The notes beneath the pieces were generated by a model that worked only from the letters and a program-made list of their open reading frames with translations, ran no database searches and was not told where the DNA came from. Made by a program: the position numbers and the translations under genes. Below are positions 18,453 through 30,611 of a stretch of 64,000 nt of DNA, in pieces; position 1 is the stretch's first letter; every line of letters begins with the position of its first letter. This stretch comes from Dehalococcoidia bacterium (lineage in GTDB: Bacteria; Chloroflexota; Dehalococcoidia; Lucifugimonadales; JAGWBF01): assembly GCA_965226805.1 (NCBI GenBank), contig CBDDDW010000019.1, forward strand, positions 31,400 to 95,399. Reading direction: 5' to 3'.

Positions 18453-20907
18453 TGATCTCGTTCATAATGATAAGTGACACTTAGAATAGTGTCATCATGA
18501 AGATAGTAGGAACGAGAGGAACAGGTACCAAAGGTATAAGCAGGGTGCAGGGGATCTCAAGTGGACCCCATCATCAGGACAGCGGTGAGGCTAAAATAAG
18601 AGAGTCTACCGCTGGGGTGTCTCGTAAACCTTCATCCGATTGTAAGGCTTGTGGATGTTCCAGTAAACACCTTTGTGGGCTCACTGCATGGAACACCTGA
18701 CCCGGTGACCGATAGCCCAGGGCTTGATGGGGCCGCTCTTGGTTGTAGAAGGCCAGATAAGCCCCAATCCCTTTTCTGGCCTCAGTCCCATTTTGGTATG
18801 CCTTCAGGTACACCTCCTCGTACTTGATGCTGCGCCACAGCCGTTCCACGAAGACGTTGTCCATGCACCGGCCCCTGCCGTCCATGCTCACTTGAACGCC
18901 TTGCGCCAGCAGCATGCTGGTGAAGGCCTCGCTGGTGAACTGGCTGCCCTGGTCGGTGTTGAAGATCTGTGGCCGACCCTTGCTCAAGGCCTCTTCCAGA
19001 GCCGCAACACAGAAGTCTACCTCCAGGGTGTTGGACAGCCGCCAGGCCAGCACGTAGCGGCTGTGCCAGTCCATGATGGCCATCAAGTAGAGGAAACCCC
19101 GAGCCATGGGTATGTAGGTGATGTCGGTGGCCCACACCTGGTTGACCCGGTTGATCTCCAGCCCCCTGAGCAAGTACGGATAGACCTTATGCCCTGGGTT
19201 TGGCTTGGTGGTGTTGGGACGCCGGTAGATGGCCTCCAGGCCTATCAGCTGCATCAGCCGGCGGACCCGCTTGCGGTTGACCTGGTGTCCGTGATTTCTG
19301 CGCCAGGCAGTCATCCTTCTGGAGCCGTAGAAAGGTGTCTTCAGGTACTGTTGGTCTATGAGGGCCATCAACTCCATGTCCTCGGCGCCGGCCTCGGTTG
19401 GCAGGTAGTACAACGAGGAGCGGCTGATACCCAGCAAGGCGCACTGGCGCACCAGAGACAGCTTCGGTTCTTCTCGGTCAATCATGGCCCGGCGTTGGGA
19501 CCGGCTCACAACCCGAAGCTCCGTGACAAAAAATCCCGTTCCACCTTGAGCTGCCCAATCTGTTGGTAGAGCTGGGCAGTGAGGACCTCTTGGTCCTTCT
19601 CCTGGCGTCCAGCACCATTTTCAAAGAGGTGCGGCGCCCCCTGAGTCAAGGCCTTCTTCCAGGCATGGATCTGGCTCGGGTGGACTTCAAACCGGCTGGC
19701 CAGCTCTGCAATGGTGTGCTCCCCCTGGAGCGCGGCCAAAGCCACTTTGCCCTTGAAGACTGGGCTGTGCTTCTTACGTGTTTGCTTCATGTCCTGCTCC
19801 TTCTTTCCGTCCTATTTTAGGAGCGGGACTCTCTCTTAGCCACCTGTCCGAATTTTGGGGACCACCTGGCCAAGGCCAGATTGAAGTGGATGGACCATTA
19901 CCGCACCTATAGAAACGCCGCATTGACCTGTCGCTACTTTGGCATCAGCCGGCAGACCTTTTATCGGTGGAAGGGACGGTACAACTCCAGGGATCTCAGC
20001 AGCCTGGAAGAGCGTTCCCATAAGCCCAAGCGGCTACGTCGGCCTAGCTGGTCTCGGGAGCTGGCTCTAGCAGTGTTACATCTGAGAGAGCAGTATCCAA
20101 GGTGGGGGAAAGACAAGTTGGCAGTGCTGCTAAGGGAGAGGGGCTGGGAGGTGTCCACCTCCATGGTGGGACGTATCCTGAGCCACCTGAAGGCCCGTGG
20201 GGTGCTCAAGGAGCCGCTCCGCAATGGTATTCCCACCCGTAAGCGGCTTGGCGTCGTACCTACGCCGTGCGCAAGCCCAAAGGATATGAGGTAAAGAAGC
20301 CGGGAGACTTAGTTCAGGTGGACACTCTGGATATACGCCCACTGCCTGGGATGGTCCTGAAGCACTTCACTGCCCGCGATGTGGTCTCCCGCTGGGATGT
20401 GGTGGAAGCCCACACCAGAGCCACTGCTACCACGGCGGCGGGCTTCTTGGAGCGCCTCCTGGAGCGGATGCCCTTCCCTATAAGGGCCATCCAAGTGGAT
20501 GGTGGCTCTGAGTTCCAGGCGGCCTTTGAGATGGAATGCCAGCGCCGGGAACTGAAGCTCTTTGTGCTGCCGCCCCGATCCCCCAAGCTCAACGGCTGTG
20601 TGGAGCGGGCCCAACGCACCCATACAGAAGAGTTCTATGAGGTCAACGACTTCTCCCTGGAAGTGGCTCCCCTCAACCGGGAGCTGCTGGCCTGGGAACG
20701 TATCTACAATACTGTGCGTCCCCATCAGGCACTGGGGTACCTAACCCCCTGGGCGTTCTGGCAGCGCTGGCTCTTGGATCACCCACCGGACAAAGAAAAC
20801 GGAACGGCGGGCATATCACCCGGCGTCCCGTCTTCCCCATACACTTCCACCATATCACATCCCACCCTGAAGGAGGTCAAGTGTCACTAATCTACTGGAC
20901 GAGTACA
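18453..20907 (+). mobile_element. IS481-family element interrupted by an IS3; transposase also frameshifted near 20250
   Basis: Imperfect IRs TGATCTCGTTCA..AGTGACAC / GTGTCACT..GGACGAGTACA; ORF 18497-~18558 continues at ~19870 (KARLKWM...CRYFGISRQTFYRW); DDE core QVD, QVDGGSEF, NG.VER. Confidence 0.85.
18558..19868 (-). mobile_element. IS3-family element (orfA 19506-19790, orfB 18574-19509); ends approximate
   Basis: HTH orfA; orfB WATDITY, NTDQGSQFTS, DNVFVERLWRSIKYE; IRs CAAGTGGACCCCA..GGACAG / CAGGTGGTCCCCA..GGACAG; T6 run at the overlap. Confidence 0.92.
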
Positions 20908-21059
20908 CGCGCTGGTCGCAGGCCCTGGCTTACGCTATAATGGTGGCTCTGGGCAGCTGTTCGTGAACGACGGCAGCCACGCTAAACAGATCCGTTCTGG
21001 ATTGCCGCCATCGCCCCATTGGGTGCCGAGGTGGACGATAGGATGCAGAGGTAGCTCAC

Positions 21060-22028
21060 ATGGACCCACTGCTCTCCGTGGAAGACCTGCACGTGGAGTA
21101 CCGCACCCCCAGGGGTGTTCTGGCTGCGGTCAAAGGCGTGACCCTCAACGTGGAAAGGCGTGAAGTCGTCGGGCTGGTGGGAGAGACAGGCTCGGGGAAG
21201 TCGACAATCGCGCGGGCCGTCGTCAATAGGGTCAGGCCTCCTGGGCAAATCCCGCAGGGGCGGATCATGTTCAACGGGCAGGATTTGCTCGGCCTCTCGC
21301 CGAAGGAGATGAGGCAGGTGCGGGGGAGGAAGATCGCGCTGATCATCCAGAATCCGGCTGCGGCGCTGAACCCGTTACTAACCGTAAACACCCAGTTCAT
21401 GAACGTCCACCATGCTCACGGAGAGGGGACAAAGGAGTCGGCGAAGGCCAAAATATTGGATCTCCTCCATCAGGTGCAGCTCCGCGATCCTCAGAGGGTG
21501 TTGGATACATACGCCCATCAGCTAAGCGGAGGTATGGCGCAACGTGTTATGATCGCGATGGCCCTGCTCCATTCTCCTGAGCTGCTCATCGCTGATGAAG
21601 CCACGACCGGCCTCGATGCCACAATCCAGGCCCACATCCTGGACCTTCTCGCGGAGCTGGTGAATCAATATCAGATGTCAGCGCTGGTCATTACCCACGA
21701 GATGGGCATTGTCCTACATTATTGCCAGCGGGTGATCGTGCTGTTCGAGGGAGAGATCGTGGAGGAAGGGCCGGTCAGCGATGTTTTCGCCCAACCCCGG
21801 CATCCCTACACGCAGAAACTGCTGTCCTCCAGCCTGGAGAAAGTTCAGTTCGAAATGCCCGAGGCCCCACCTACACCAGTCTTTGAGCCGGAGCGGAATG
21901 GGAAGGACGCATGCGCATTCCGGTTCCGCTGTCCCTACGCCTTCCAGCGTTGTGGAGAGGAGCACCCAGATCTGGTGACCGCCGGACCCAGGCACCAATC
22001 AAGGTGTTTCCTGGTGGATGGTTCATAA
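21060..22028 (+). CDS. Peptide/nickel ABC transporter ATP-binding subunit (OppD/DppD-like)
   Basis: GETGSGKS, LSGGMAQR, ADEATT, HPYT, C-terminal Cys cluster. Confidence 0.92.
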   Translation: MDPLLSVEDLHVEYRTPRGVLAAVKGVTLNVERREVVGLVGETGSGKSTIARAVVNRVRPPGQIPQGRIMFNGQDLLGLSPKEMRQVRGRKIALIIQNPAAALNPLLTVNTQFMNVHHAHGEGTKESAKAKILDLLHQVQLRDPQRVLDTYAHQLSGGMAQRVMIAMALLHSPELLIADEATTGLDATIQAHILDLLAELVNQYQMSALVITHEMGIVLHYCQRVIVLFEGEIVEEGPVSDVFAQPRHPYTQKLLSSSLEKVQFEMPEAPPTPVFEPERNGKDACAFRFRCPYAFQRCGEEHPDLVTAGPRHQSRCFLVDGS

Positions 22029-23008
22029 TGACTACGTTCCTTCAGGTGGAAGAGCTATCCAAGGTTTTCGATGTGGGCCGCAAAAGGAAAGTGCACGCGG
22101 TGAACAACGTCTCTTTGACCATCGACCGGGGAGAGACGGTGGCTTTAGTGGGAGAAAGCGGTTCCGGAAAGACTACGGTCGGGAACTGCATACTGAACCT
22201 GGTCAAGCCGACATCCGGGCGTGTGTTAGTGGAGGAGACGGATGTTACCAACCTGAAACCCAGTGAGTTCCGTCCCTGGCGGGTCCGTCTACAAATGGTG
22301 TTTCAGGACCCTTACGAGTCCCTCAACCCCCGTATGAAGATTCGATCTATCATAGAGGAGCCGTTGTTGCTGAGCGGATACAACAAGGAGCGACGCGACG
22401 ACCGGGTCCTGGAGCTTGCCCGGAGAGTTCAGCTGGACGAGCACCGGCTGGATGTCTTCCCAAGGAGTCTAAGTGGAGGCCAGCAGCAACGCGTGGGCAT
22501 CGCCCGGGCGATCGCCGCGCTGCCCTCCTTCATAGTCCTCGACGAACCCACCTCATCGTTGGACGCATCGGTGCGCGGCGATATATTGGACCTTCTGCAG
22601 TCGTTGCAGGAGGAGCTACAACTAACCTATCTGCTCATCTCCCACGACCTGTCCACCGTCCGGAGCCTGGCGAAGCGGGTTGCGGTGATGTATCTGGGTC
22701 ACATCGTGGAGGAGGGGGAGACCGAAGTTATCTTTGACGATCCCCAGCACCCATACACAAAGGCGCTGCTGTCTTGTATGCTGACTACGGAGTACTATTC
22801 ACAGAGGCATGTTTACGCCCTGAAGGGGCTGCTGGACGAAACATCCGACATGCCTCAAGGCTGTCCCCTATCCCCAAGGTGCCCGGTCGCCATAGAGAAG
22901 TGCTCCTCAGAGAACCCACCGCTTCTCCCCTCGGGTTCCGACCGGAAGGTCGCCTGCTTTGTGGCCATGAGCCAGCTTACGGGCGCCTCCGACCCCTCAG
23001 CACGATAG
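22028..23008 (+). CDS. Peptide/nickel ABC transporter ATP-binding subunit (OppF/DppF-like)
   Basis: [32 protein letters not shown]; TAATG coupling to upstream gene. Confidence 0.92.
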   Translation: MTTFLQVEELSKVFDVGRKRKVHAVNNVSLTIDRGETVALVGESGSGKTTVGNCILNLVKPTSGRVLVEETDVTNLKPSEFRPWRVRLQMVFQDPYESLNPRMKIRSIIEEPLLLSGYNKERRDDRVLELARRVQLDEHRLDVFPRSLSGGQQQRVGIARAIAALPSFIVLDEPTSSLDASVRGDILDLLQSLQEELQLTYLLISHDLSTVRSLAKRVAVMYLGHIVEEGETEVIFDDPQHPYTKALLSCMLTTEYYSQRHVYALKGLLDETSDMPQGCPLSPRCPVAIEKCSSENPPLLPSGSDRKVACFVAMSQLTGASDPSAR

Positions 23009-23070
23009 GGATCGCTGCTTCCACGTCTTCAACGGACTGCTACGTACGCGAACGCCTGCGGCCCTGTCTC

Positions 23071-23097
23071 ACGGTTCGACAAGCTCACCATGAGCGG
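23071..23097. repeat. REP-like class B half element
   Basis: ACGGTTCGACAAGCTCACCATGAGCGG. Confidence 0.7.
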
Positions 23098-23225
23098 AAA
23101 AGATCTTATCGGCCGCTCCACTTAGACGAGACCAACGCGAGTGTCCCTGTTCCTGGTGGCAGGCTTATAGCCAGCGACCTATCAGAAGACAAGGGGAGCG
23201 GGCGGCCTCGGGACTTGTGGGAGCG

Positions 23226-23840
23226 CTACGTAACTACTTCACCTATGATGTCCGGGGAGTGGTCCCATCCCCGCACCACCAGGTCCAGCATCACCCCATG
23301 CGTCTCGAGAAAGTCCACGTTTCGGTTTTCTGTCTTGCCCAACTTGGGGTCCCGGGGCTCCCTTCCATGGCCGTCCGGCAGTACACCGATAAGGTCCGTC
23401 CAGTCCCCCAAGGGATAGACGTGCCGGTGCCACACGGCGCGGTTGAAGGAGATACCCTGCGTACCATCCAGCAGGAACGAGCGCACCGAATCGGGGTCAG
23501 GGAATCCATCCTTGTCGGATGGGTCCGGGGCGACGGCAAAGATCGAGGCGGCGCCACCGTAGGGAATCAGAACCTCAGTCTCTTCCAGGTGGGACTCCAG
23601 CGTATGGAACTCGAACTTACGCCTGTAGTACCTAATCCAACCTATATAAGATTCCCGGCCGTTAAAATCTAAGTCGCACAAGCTCCAGAGGTCGACGTGG
23701 GGTATGCGGGCCCCGTCGGGCTGCATATCGGTACGCCTTTTACCCACCTCTCTCTCGGGTAAAGCCAGCACGGCGCCAAAGGGCTTAAACGCCTCCTCGG
23801 TGAGCCTCTCTACGGAAACTTCTATCCTACGAATCGCCAC
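23226..23840 (-). CDS. Ureidoglycolate lyase-like cupin protein
   Basis: LTEEAFKPFG, LESH....E..IP, F.LDG.QG.....AVWH...YPL. Confidence 0.75.
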   Translation of the reverse strand: MAIRRIEVSVERLTEEAFKPFGAVLALPEREVGKRRTDMQPDGARIPHVDLWSLCDLDFNGRESYIGWIRYYRRKFEFHTLESHLEETEVLIPYGGAASIFAVAPDPSDKDGFPDPDSVRSFLLDGTQGISFNRAVWHRHVYPLGDWTDLIGVLPDGHGREPRDPKLGKTENRNVDFLETHGVMLDLVVRGWDHSPDIIGEVVT

Positions 23841-24660
23841 GGTTCCCTCCTTCCGCCACCGGGGTTAAGCTCCTCAGGAGCCGCCCATGTCCTTGAATGG
23901 GCTCGGTCCAGCCGATTTTCCTGAGAGTCATCCAGATGGTCGCCTGATTTACTGTGATTACCGTCTTTTCCAGCTTCTGCTCCAGTTCCTCCACGGCTTC
24001 CAGCGCCCTCCACGCCGTCGCCGGCAAGAACACCGTGTCCGCGTCCTTGTGCACGACGGTGGGTACGAACTCGCAGATAACCTCGGGCTCCTGCATAGCG
24101 ACGTCGTGAGGGCTCGTGGAGTCCTCCAACGAGGGCTCGCCCTCGGCGCTCAACACCTCGAAACCCGCCTCTTCCAGCATAGGCTTCAGCGAAGTCTGCA
24201 GGAGGGAGGTCCGGTAGGGCCCAGCGACGCTGATCCGGCGGGTGCCCATGAACCGCATCGCCTCGACGGTCGACGTCATCGCCGTGATGGCTGGAACTCC
24301 TGTTACCTGCTCCAGGTTCTCCACAAGCTGACGATCGTAATCAAGGCTTCCTTTGAAAAAAGTACCGGCGGTACAGGCGTATACGAGGAGGTCCGGGGTC
24401 ACATTGGCCAGGGACCTAGCGCCCCTTTCCACATCTTCGTTCATCTGCTGGATGTCCATCCCGAACATCGCACCCTTAGATTGACCAGGCTTCCCTTCTT
24501 GGGCCGCGTCTCTCGCTCTTGTGGGTTGGTTGCCCCAGACCCCGTTCCACATTCGCTCAAAGTGCACCGTGATTTCCCTGGGCATCACCGTGTAAAAGTC
24601 CGGCTCGACCGTCGGGTTCGTGGAGGGCATCATAGCTCCTACGCGTATGGGCCTTCCCAT
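23827..24660 (-). CDS. Maleate isomerase / arylmalonate decarboxylase (Asp/Glu racemase superfamily)
   Basis: G.MMPSTN.TVE.DF, YACTAG, V.GPY, VITVNQA..W, G.GRLL. Confidence 0.85.
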   Translation of the reverse strand: MGRPIRVGAMMPSTNPTVEPDFYTVMPREITVHFERMWNGVWGNQPTRARDAAQEGKPGQSKGAMFGMDIQQMNEDVERGARSLANVTPDLLVYACTAGTFFKGSLDYDRQLVENLEQVTGVPAITAMTSTVEAMRFMGTRRISVAGPYRTSLLQTSLKPMLEEAGFEVLSAEGEPSLEDSTSPHDVAMQEPEVICEFVPTVVHKDADTVFLPATAWRALEAVEELEQKLEKTVITVNQATIWMTLRKIGWTEPIQGHGRLLRSLTPVAEGGNRGDS

Positions 24661-24798
24661 TAGCCCCTCTTTCTTTCCTCTCGCGCCGGGCGAACCAGCA
24701 CAGGGCTCTTGGAACCTGACGGCTGACCCTGGGTCCGGCCTTCATCTAGCACGAAATAGAGCCATTCCAGGGGCCGAGTTTCATCCACTCACACTCTA

Positions 24799-25419
24799 TC
24801 AGGGCGAAGCCGGCGATGTGGCCCTACCTACACCGATCATCGAGTCACGGGTAACGAGGCCCACCAGCTGCTCCTCCATGAGGTTGTCGGTGCCATCTGG
24901 ACGCTCTGGGAGCACCATATAGCGCACATCGGAGTTGCTGTCCCAGACCCGCACCTCCACGGACTCATCCAGCTCGAGCCCGAACTCGCGCAAGACGGCC
25001 CGTGGTTCTATAACTACGCGGGACCGGTAAGCGGGGGACTTGTACCATCCGGGCGGCAGACCAAGGACGGGCCAGGGGTAGCAGGAGCACAAAGTGCAGA
25101 CCACCACATTGTGGACCGCCGGCGCGTTCTCCAGCACCACCATCTGGGAACCCTCGAGGCCACCGTACCCGAGTTCCGCGATCGCTTCCGTTCCATTCTC
25201 GAGGAGCCTCCTCTTATAAGCCGGGTCAACCCAGGCGCGGGCAGTGACTTTGGCGCCGTTCAGCGGCCCGATGTCCTCCCGATAGGCACGCTCCACCGTG
25301 TCAACGGCGTCGCTGGACACAAACCCCTTCTCAACAAGAAGCGACTCCAATGCCTTGGTGCGCACTGCCGGGTGGGTCTCCAGTCCTTCGTGATGCCATT
25401 CCTCGTGCTGTGAGGTCAA
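24799..25419 (-). CDS. nthA: Nitrile hydratase alpha subunit, cobalt type
   Basis: [20 protein letters not shown]...[23 protein letters not shown]. Confidence 0.97.
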   Translation of the reverse strand: MTSQHEEWHHEGLETHPAVRTKALESLLVEKGFVSSDAVDTVERAYREDIGPLNGAKVTARAWVDPAYKRRLLENGTEAIAELGYGGLEGSQMVVLENAPAVHNVVVCTLCSCYPWPVLGLPPGWYKSPAYRSRVVIEPRAVLREFGLELDESVEVRVWDSNSDVRYMVLPERPDGTDNLMEEQLVGLVTRDSMIGVGRATSPASP

Positions 25420-25450
25420 CTGGTGGGTCCTCCTCTTTGGTGTCTACAGC

Positions 25451-26116
25451 TTATGCCGGAGCGAGGTAACTTTCCCACATGTCTACATTGAGGCTCTCGT
25501 GGGGTTCCGCGGACTCTCCCCAGAGCTCCCGACAATCGAACCGCACGCTGTACACTGCCTGGGGCCCTCCCGCGAGCACGCCTTCGTCGGCGTCGTGAAG
25601 GTCGTGGAGCCGCTCGATGATGCCCGTCTTCCCACGAACGTACCTTGGGAGCCGGGTGTGTCGCTTGGGATGGATGTTGCGGACGCGAACAGTGTCTCCT
25701 ACGCCGAACCGCGGCGGTACGCCCGATTCCCTGTGTGGCGGCTGCGTCCTATGAATCCTGTCCAGTATTTTCTTTGCCAACTCCGGGTCCTTTCTTTGGA
25801 GGACTTGGGTGTCTGGGTTGGCAAGGAGGAACCTTCTCCTGGAACTCAGCTCCTCCGTGCTCACCATCCCCTTCCCCACCAGGGCCCTTTCCAATACCAT
25901 TAGGATCCTCTCGTAATATCCCAAAGATAGGTACTGGGCCGGGGGGAGGCTCTCGAGGGCGGCACGCATCCCGCCGGGATCGAGAGGTCGGTGTGGGGCC
26001 ATGGACAAAAGCATGGCGAACAGCCTGCTTTCCCAGGGTGCATGGAAGACGGCGTCCTCCTCGGGGCGTACGGCGCCGAATCCGTGCATCCCACCCATAT
26101 CGTGAATGCTGTTCAT
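25451..26116 (-). CDS. nthB: Nitrile hydratase beta subunit
   Basis: MNSIHDMGGMHGFG, HTRLPRYVRGK.G, YSVRF...ELWG, DMWESYL. Confidence 0.97.
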   Translation of the reverse strand: MNSIHDMGGMHGFGAVRPEEDAVFHAPWESRLFAMLLSMAPHRPLDPGGMRAALESLPPAQYLSLGYYERILMVLERALVGKGMVSTEELSSRRRFLLANPDTQVLQRKDPELAKKILDRIHRTQPPHRESGVPPRFGVGDTVRVRNIHPKRHTRLPRYVRGKTGIIERLHDLHDADEGVLAGGPQAVYSVRFDCRELWGESAEPHESLNVDMWESYLAPA

Positions 26117-26172
26117 CTCATTTATTTACGCCCGAGTCTGGCACTATTGCTCAGTCAACCTAAAATGATACA

Positions 26173-26261
26173 TGTCATTCTGAGCCGCAGGCGAAGAATC
26201 TGGTAGTGTGGGGTCCCCTCCCTTCCAGATTCTTCGGTCGCTGCACTCCCTCAGAATGACA
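26173..26261. repeat. REP-like element class A
   Basis: TGTCATTCTGAG..GAAGAATCTGG ... CCAGATTCTTC..CTCAGAATGACA hairpin. Confidence 0.85.
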
Positions 26262-26411
26262 CGCTGTCGAAATCTTGTTGACAAGGTACTAGGTCCCAAA
26301 AACTGGACGACAGCCAAGAGCTAGACGTACGGCCTTCTTCAAGCCGTGTGATCGCGGCGCTATAGCTGGGCTGAGATTATCTGAGTAGCTGAGCCTGGGA
26401 GGCCCCCTGAG

Positions 26412-26708
26412 CTATTTCAGCTCGAAGAGAAGGACGTGAACGTCGTTCGTCCCAGTATTCTCCGTAGCATGGCTCATGGCCGGCGCGAACATTGTGTCGC
26501 CGGTTTTTAGCTCCGCATCCATCTCCTGGCCGTCTGGCAAGGTAAACTTGATTTTGGCAGGGGACATCGCGTAGGCGACGAGATCTGGATGGGCGTGCAT
26601 TGCTGTCTTGTCACCAGACTTGCCCTTATACTCGAGCAAACGCACCCGCTCGTTTTCGAAGATCGTTTTGTAGTTGTGTGGCGCCACCACGATCGCGTCA
26701 TCTGACAT
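26412..26708 (-). CDS. Small cupin-domain protein
   Basis: DA...AP..YK..FENERVR.LE, MH.HP, H.TEN.G....VL.FELK. Confidence 0.8.
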   Translation of the reverse strand: MSDDAIVVAPHNYKTIFENERVRLLEYKGKSGDKTAMHAHPDLVAYAMSPAKIKFTLPDGQEMDAELKTGDTMFAPAMSHATENTGTNDVHVLLFELK

Positions 26709-26873
26709 GCTTGTTGGTTCTCCTCTCTTCTGATCCACCAGAGACCTAGCGATTGAACGGCCCCGGTTCCACTAATGTAAGGTGTCATTCAATGGGAGTC
26801 AAGATTCGATCAGCGCTACGTTGCGAATCTGGCCAATCGGAAAAATCGGCCTCCGCCGAATACTACCGACTTC

Positions 26874-29800
26874 TCAGCCCAGCTTCCTCGTCGTGCTCTC
26901 GACATATTGGTTGCGTAACCCGTCGTCCTGGAAAAGCCCCGCGATTTCGTCGATCATCGCCCTGGCTTGATGTCGCCGGGCGTCCGCTTCGCCTGAGCGC
27001 CCGGAGGCGGCCAGCGCTTGGGCTGCTCCCGCACGCACCTGCCACACGAGCGGTCGCATGCGCATCTCCAGCGCCAAATGCTCCGCCTGGCTGAACTTCT
27101 CGAGCGCGGGTTCCGTCTCGCCTCGCACAGCGCTGATTTGGGCATCGGCAAACGCAACCAAGGGATAAAAATGCCTCATCTCCCGCTCTTCCGAGAACTC
27201 CCGGGCTTCTTGTGCAAGCTTGCCCGCTTCCTCCGTGTCGTGTCGTGCCAGTGCTAGGAACGCAGATCCGACCAGCAATGGTGGGCGTGCCAGGAATTTC
27301 ATGGCATCAGAGCTAGCAAGGCCATTTCGGAGCAAATCACCTGCGCGCCCAAGTTCACCCATCGCCAGGGCACTGAGGCCCATATCCGCCCATATCATCG
27401 TACCCATGACATTCCCCAGGGGCTTCTCCAGCACCTCCATGGCCTGGGAATGTAAGTCTACCCCCTCTTGGGAATATTCGCCGCCGATGTCCAGGTAGGC
27501 CGTGCCCAGTCCACACAGCGCCGCGGCTTCTAGGAAAGGGGACCCGGCTGCACGACCCGCTCGAAGCGCTGTTTGATGGCAGGCGATCGCCTTTTCGTAC
27601 TCGCCCCTCATCCAGTGGATCTGCCCCTGCATCAGCGACCCGTCCGACTCTTCCTCTGCCGCTCCAATCTGTGCCGCTATTCTTGAGCCTTCTTCGGCTT
27701 CGCGAAGCGCTGTGTCCAAGTCCCAGATCCTTATATGGTACAGGGGACTTGGTAGGGCCAGAAGAGCCGCTTGCCATTTCCGATTTCCCAGCTCTTCAGC
27801 AAGCTGACGCGCCTCTTGCGCCACTTCCCATGCCTCATCGAACCTTGTCATATAAGTTAGAGTGTTGGCGATGTGGGCCATGCCGAACAACCTGGGCTCC
27901 TCCAGCTGCAGGTCGCGCCCAATTCTAGCGGACTCGTTGAGGTGCTCCACGGCGTCGTCGAACATTCCGAAAGGGACACGGAGGTAGCAGTATGTCATAT
28001 GAAGCTCGGCCATCCCAGGGAGATCATCGCAACTAACGGCCAGGCGTCCGGCGTTTTCGAGATGCTCCTCCGCTTGGCGAAACTGGCCCTGCATCAGCGC
28101 GGTCACGAATCCTAGTTTGTTCAGCGCAGAAACCTGCATAGGAAGGTCGTTTTGGTCTTCCGCCACCTGGAGCATCTTGTGGTAGTTTTCAACGGCTCCA
28201 GGTATTTCGCCTCCAAATGTCATAGCTCCGCCAAGGCCCTCGTATGCCCGCCGGGCCAGACGAGAGTCTTTCACGGTATCCAGAATCTCGAGCGCCCGAG
28301 TGTAGGATTTTATCGCCTCGGTTGTGGAGTAGGCGCCGGCGGCACGGTCTGCGGCATCGATGAGATACGGTAGCGCTCGGGATTCCTCACGGGCCTCCAA
28401 GAAGTGCCACGCTATTTCCCCGACGCGGTCGGGCTGTATCCTTTCGATACATTCCGCGACGCGAGAGTGGAGTTCCCGGCGACGGCTCAAGAGCAACGAC
28501 CCATAGGCTGTCTCCTGCGTCAGTGCGTGTTTGAACAGGAAATCCTGATGTGGCAGCCGGCCGCCCTCGAGTATCAACTCACGGCGCTGCAGCTCCGTGA
28601 GTGCGTTGTCAAGAGTCTGTTGAGCCCCGTGGACATCGGCAAGGGTCTCAAATTGGAATTCGCGACCGATAACGGACGCGGATTGGGCCACACGCTTCGA
28701 CTCCTCATCGAGCCTATCCAGGCGGGCGGTGATCACCCCTGCCAATCTATCTGGCACAGCTAACGTCTCTATGTCTTGGGTGGCGCGCCAGTGGGAGTTC
28801 TCTCGAATCACCAGGCCGGTATCGAGCAGAGACCTGATTACTTCCTCGACGAAGAAGGGATTGCCCTCCGCTTTCGTCATGATGAGCTGCCGAACCTTTT
28901 CCGGTAAGTCCTCGACGTGCAACAAATTAGCTACAAGCTCCCACGAGCAATCATTATCCAAGGGCTCGAGCGCGAGGGGAGTGTAGCGGTGCGCGTAATC
29001 ACGCACGGCGGTCTCGTGGAAACGCCAGGACAGCTCCTGCCGCCATGGGCGAAACAGGCCGAGAACCATCAGTGCTGCGCGGTCCGTGATCTCCATCAGG
29101 CGCTCCACGAGATCGATGGAAGTAGGGTCGAACCAGTGCAGGTCCTCGAACACAAGAACGAGGGGCTGTCTCTCAGCCAACCGTTCGAAAAGTTCGCAAG
29201 TGGCCTCGAAAATCCTGCCTCGGACCTGAGGGGGCTGGAGGTAGCGTACCCGCTCGTCTTCGTCCGGGAGTTGGACTCCTAGCAGCGTGGCGATGAACGG
29301 TGCTATCTCATCGACTCGATGAGGCGATAAGTCTGCAATGTGCGCCTTTACCGCGTCATATTTGTCTGCATCGGTCCAGCCCGGCCCGAATCCGAAGTAC
29401 GCATTCAACAGGTCTACGAAAGGAGAGTACGGTGCTGCCGCTTCATAAGAAACAGAGCGACCTTCATACCATGCGATCAGCTCCTCACCGGCGCCGGTCC
29501 GCTCACCAGCCTTTGTCACTCGTCAGGATTCCTTCTGCGACCAGCGCGTGCCGCAGTTCGGCGATCAGACGTGATTTACCCAGCCCAGGTTCTCCCATCA
29601 CCGAGATGATCTGGCCCGATCCCTGTCGGAGATCGGTGATCAAGGCCCGCAGTACACTCGTCTCCCGTTCGCGACCGATCAGTGGCGCGTCCAGCCCCTC
29701 TATGCCGCGCAATCTGCCCGGTGTCTCCTTCACACCTAACACGCGGTAAGCTTGGACCGGCTCGCCCTTACCTTTGAGATCGATCCCGCCCAGGTCCTCG

Positions 29801-30530
29801 AAATCGAAAAGAGGTGCAACAGCGTTACGTGTATCCTCGGTAATCTGCACGGTACCGGGCTGAGCCGTCTGCTCCATACGGGCGGCCACGTTGATCGCGT
29901 CACCCAGCGCTGTGTATTCCAAACGCAGGTCCGAACCAACCTCTCCTACCACTACGAGGCCGGTGTTAATGCCCACTCTCACCTCGAAGTCCAGACCCCA
30001 TTCTCCCTTGACCCGCTCCCGATAGGGACGCATACCATCGACGATGTCGAGCCCAGCCAGAACTGCCCTTTGAGGGTCGTCTTCGTGGGCTATCGGAGCG
30101 CCAAAGAAAGCAAGGATCCCATCACCCATGAGCCGGGCAAGGGTTCCCTCGTAGCGGTATACCGGTGCGATCAGGTAATCGAATGCGCCGTTCATGACAT
30201 CGGCCCACTCTTCGGGATCGAGTTTCTCAGCGGCCGCTGTGGAGGCAGCTACGTCACAGAAGAGCATAGTTACGATTCGGCGCTCGCCCTGGACGCCGCC
30301 TGCCTTCGCGGCCTCCAGTTTAGCCAGAAGCTCTTTGGGGATATATTGGTGCAGCCGAGCCCGATTGGAGTCGGACCGTGATCCGTCCAGTTGATGGCCG
30401 CAGCTCACGCAGAATTTCGCCCCCGCGGGCAGCTCCACATCGCACTCAGGGCACTTGGTACTCAAGGACGCGCCGCATGTCAGGCAAAAACTTGCCCCTA
30501 CAGGGTTGGTTGTTCCACAGCCAAGGCAGT
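26874..30530 (-). pseudogene. Double zinc ribbon + class III adenylate/guanylate cyclase + AAA ATPase + TPR protein, split by a frameshift at ~29513; start uncertain
   Basis: CxxC ribbons, ERR.VT.LF.D, GDG..A.FGAP.AHEDD, GDAINVAAR, GEPGLGKSRL, EDLHW.D, EGNPFF; one extra A (GACAAAGGCT) shifts the frame and could be a sequencing error. Confidence 0.85.
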
Positions 30531-30611
30531 TCGCGCCCTCAACATCGACGGCAGTAGAGCTATCGCTCTGGCTAGGGGGGGCAGACGGTCGCGCTCGTTG
30601 CCTGGACCCTA

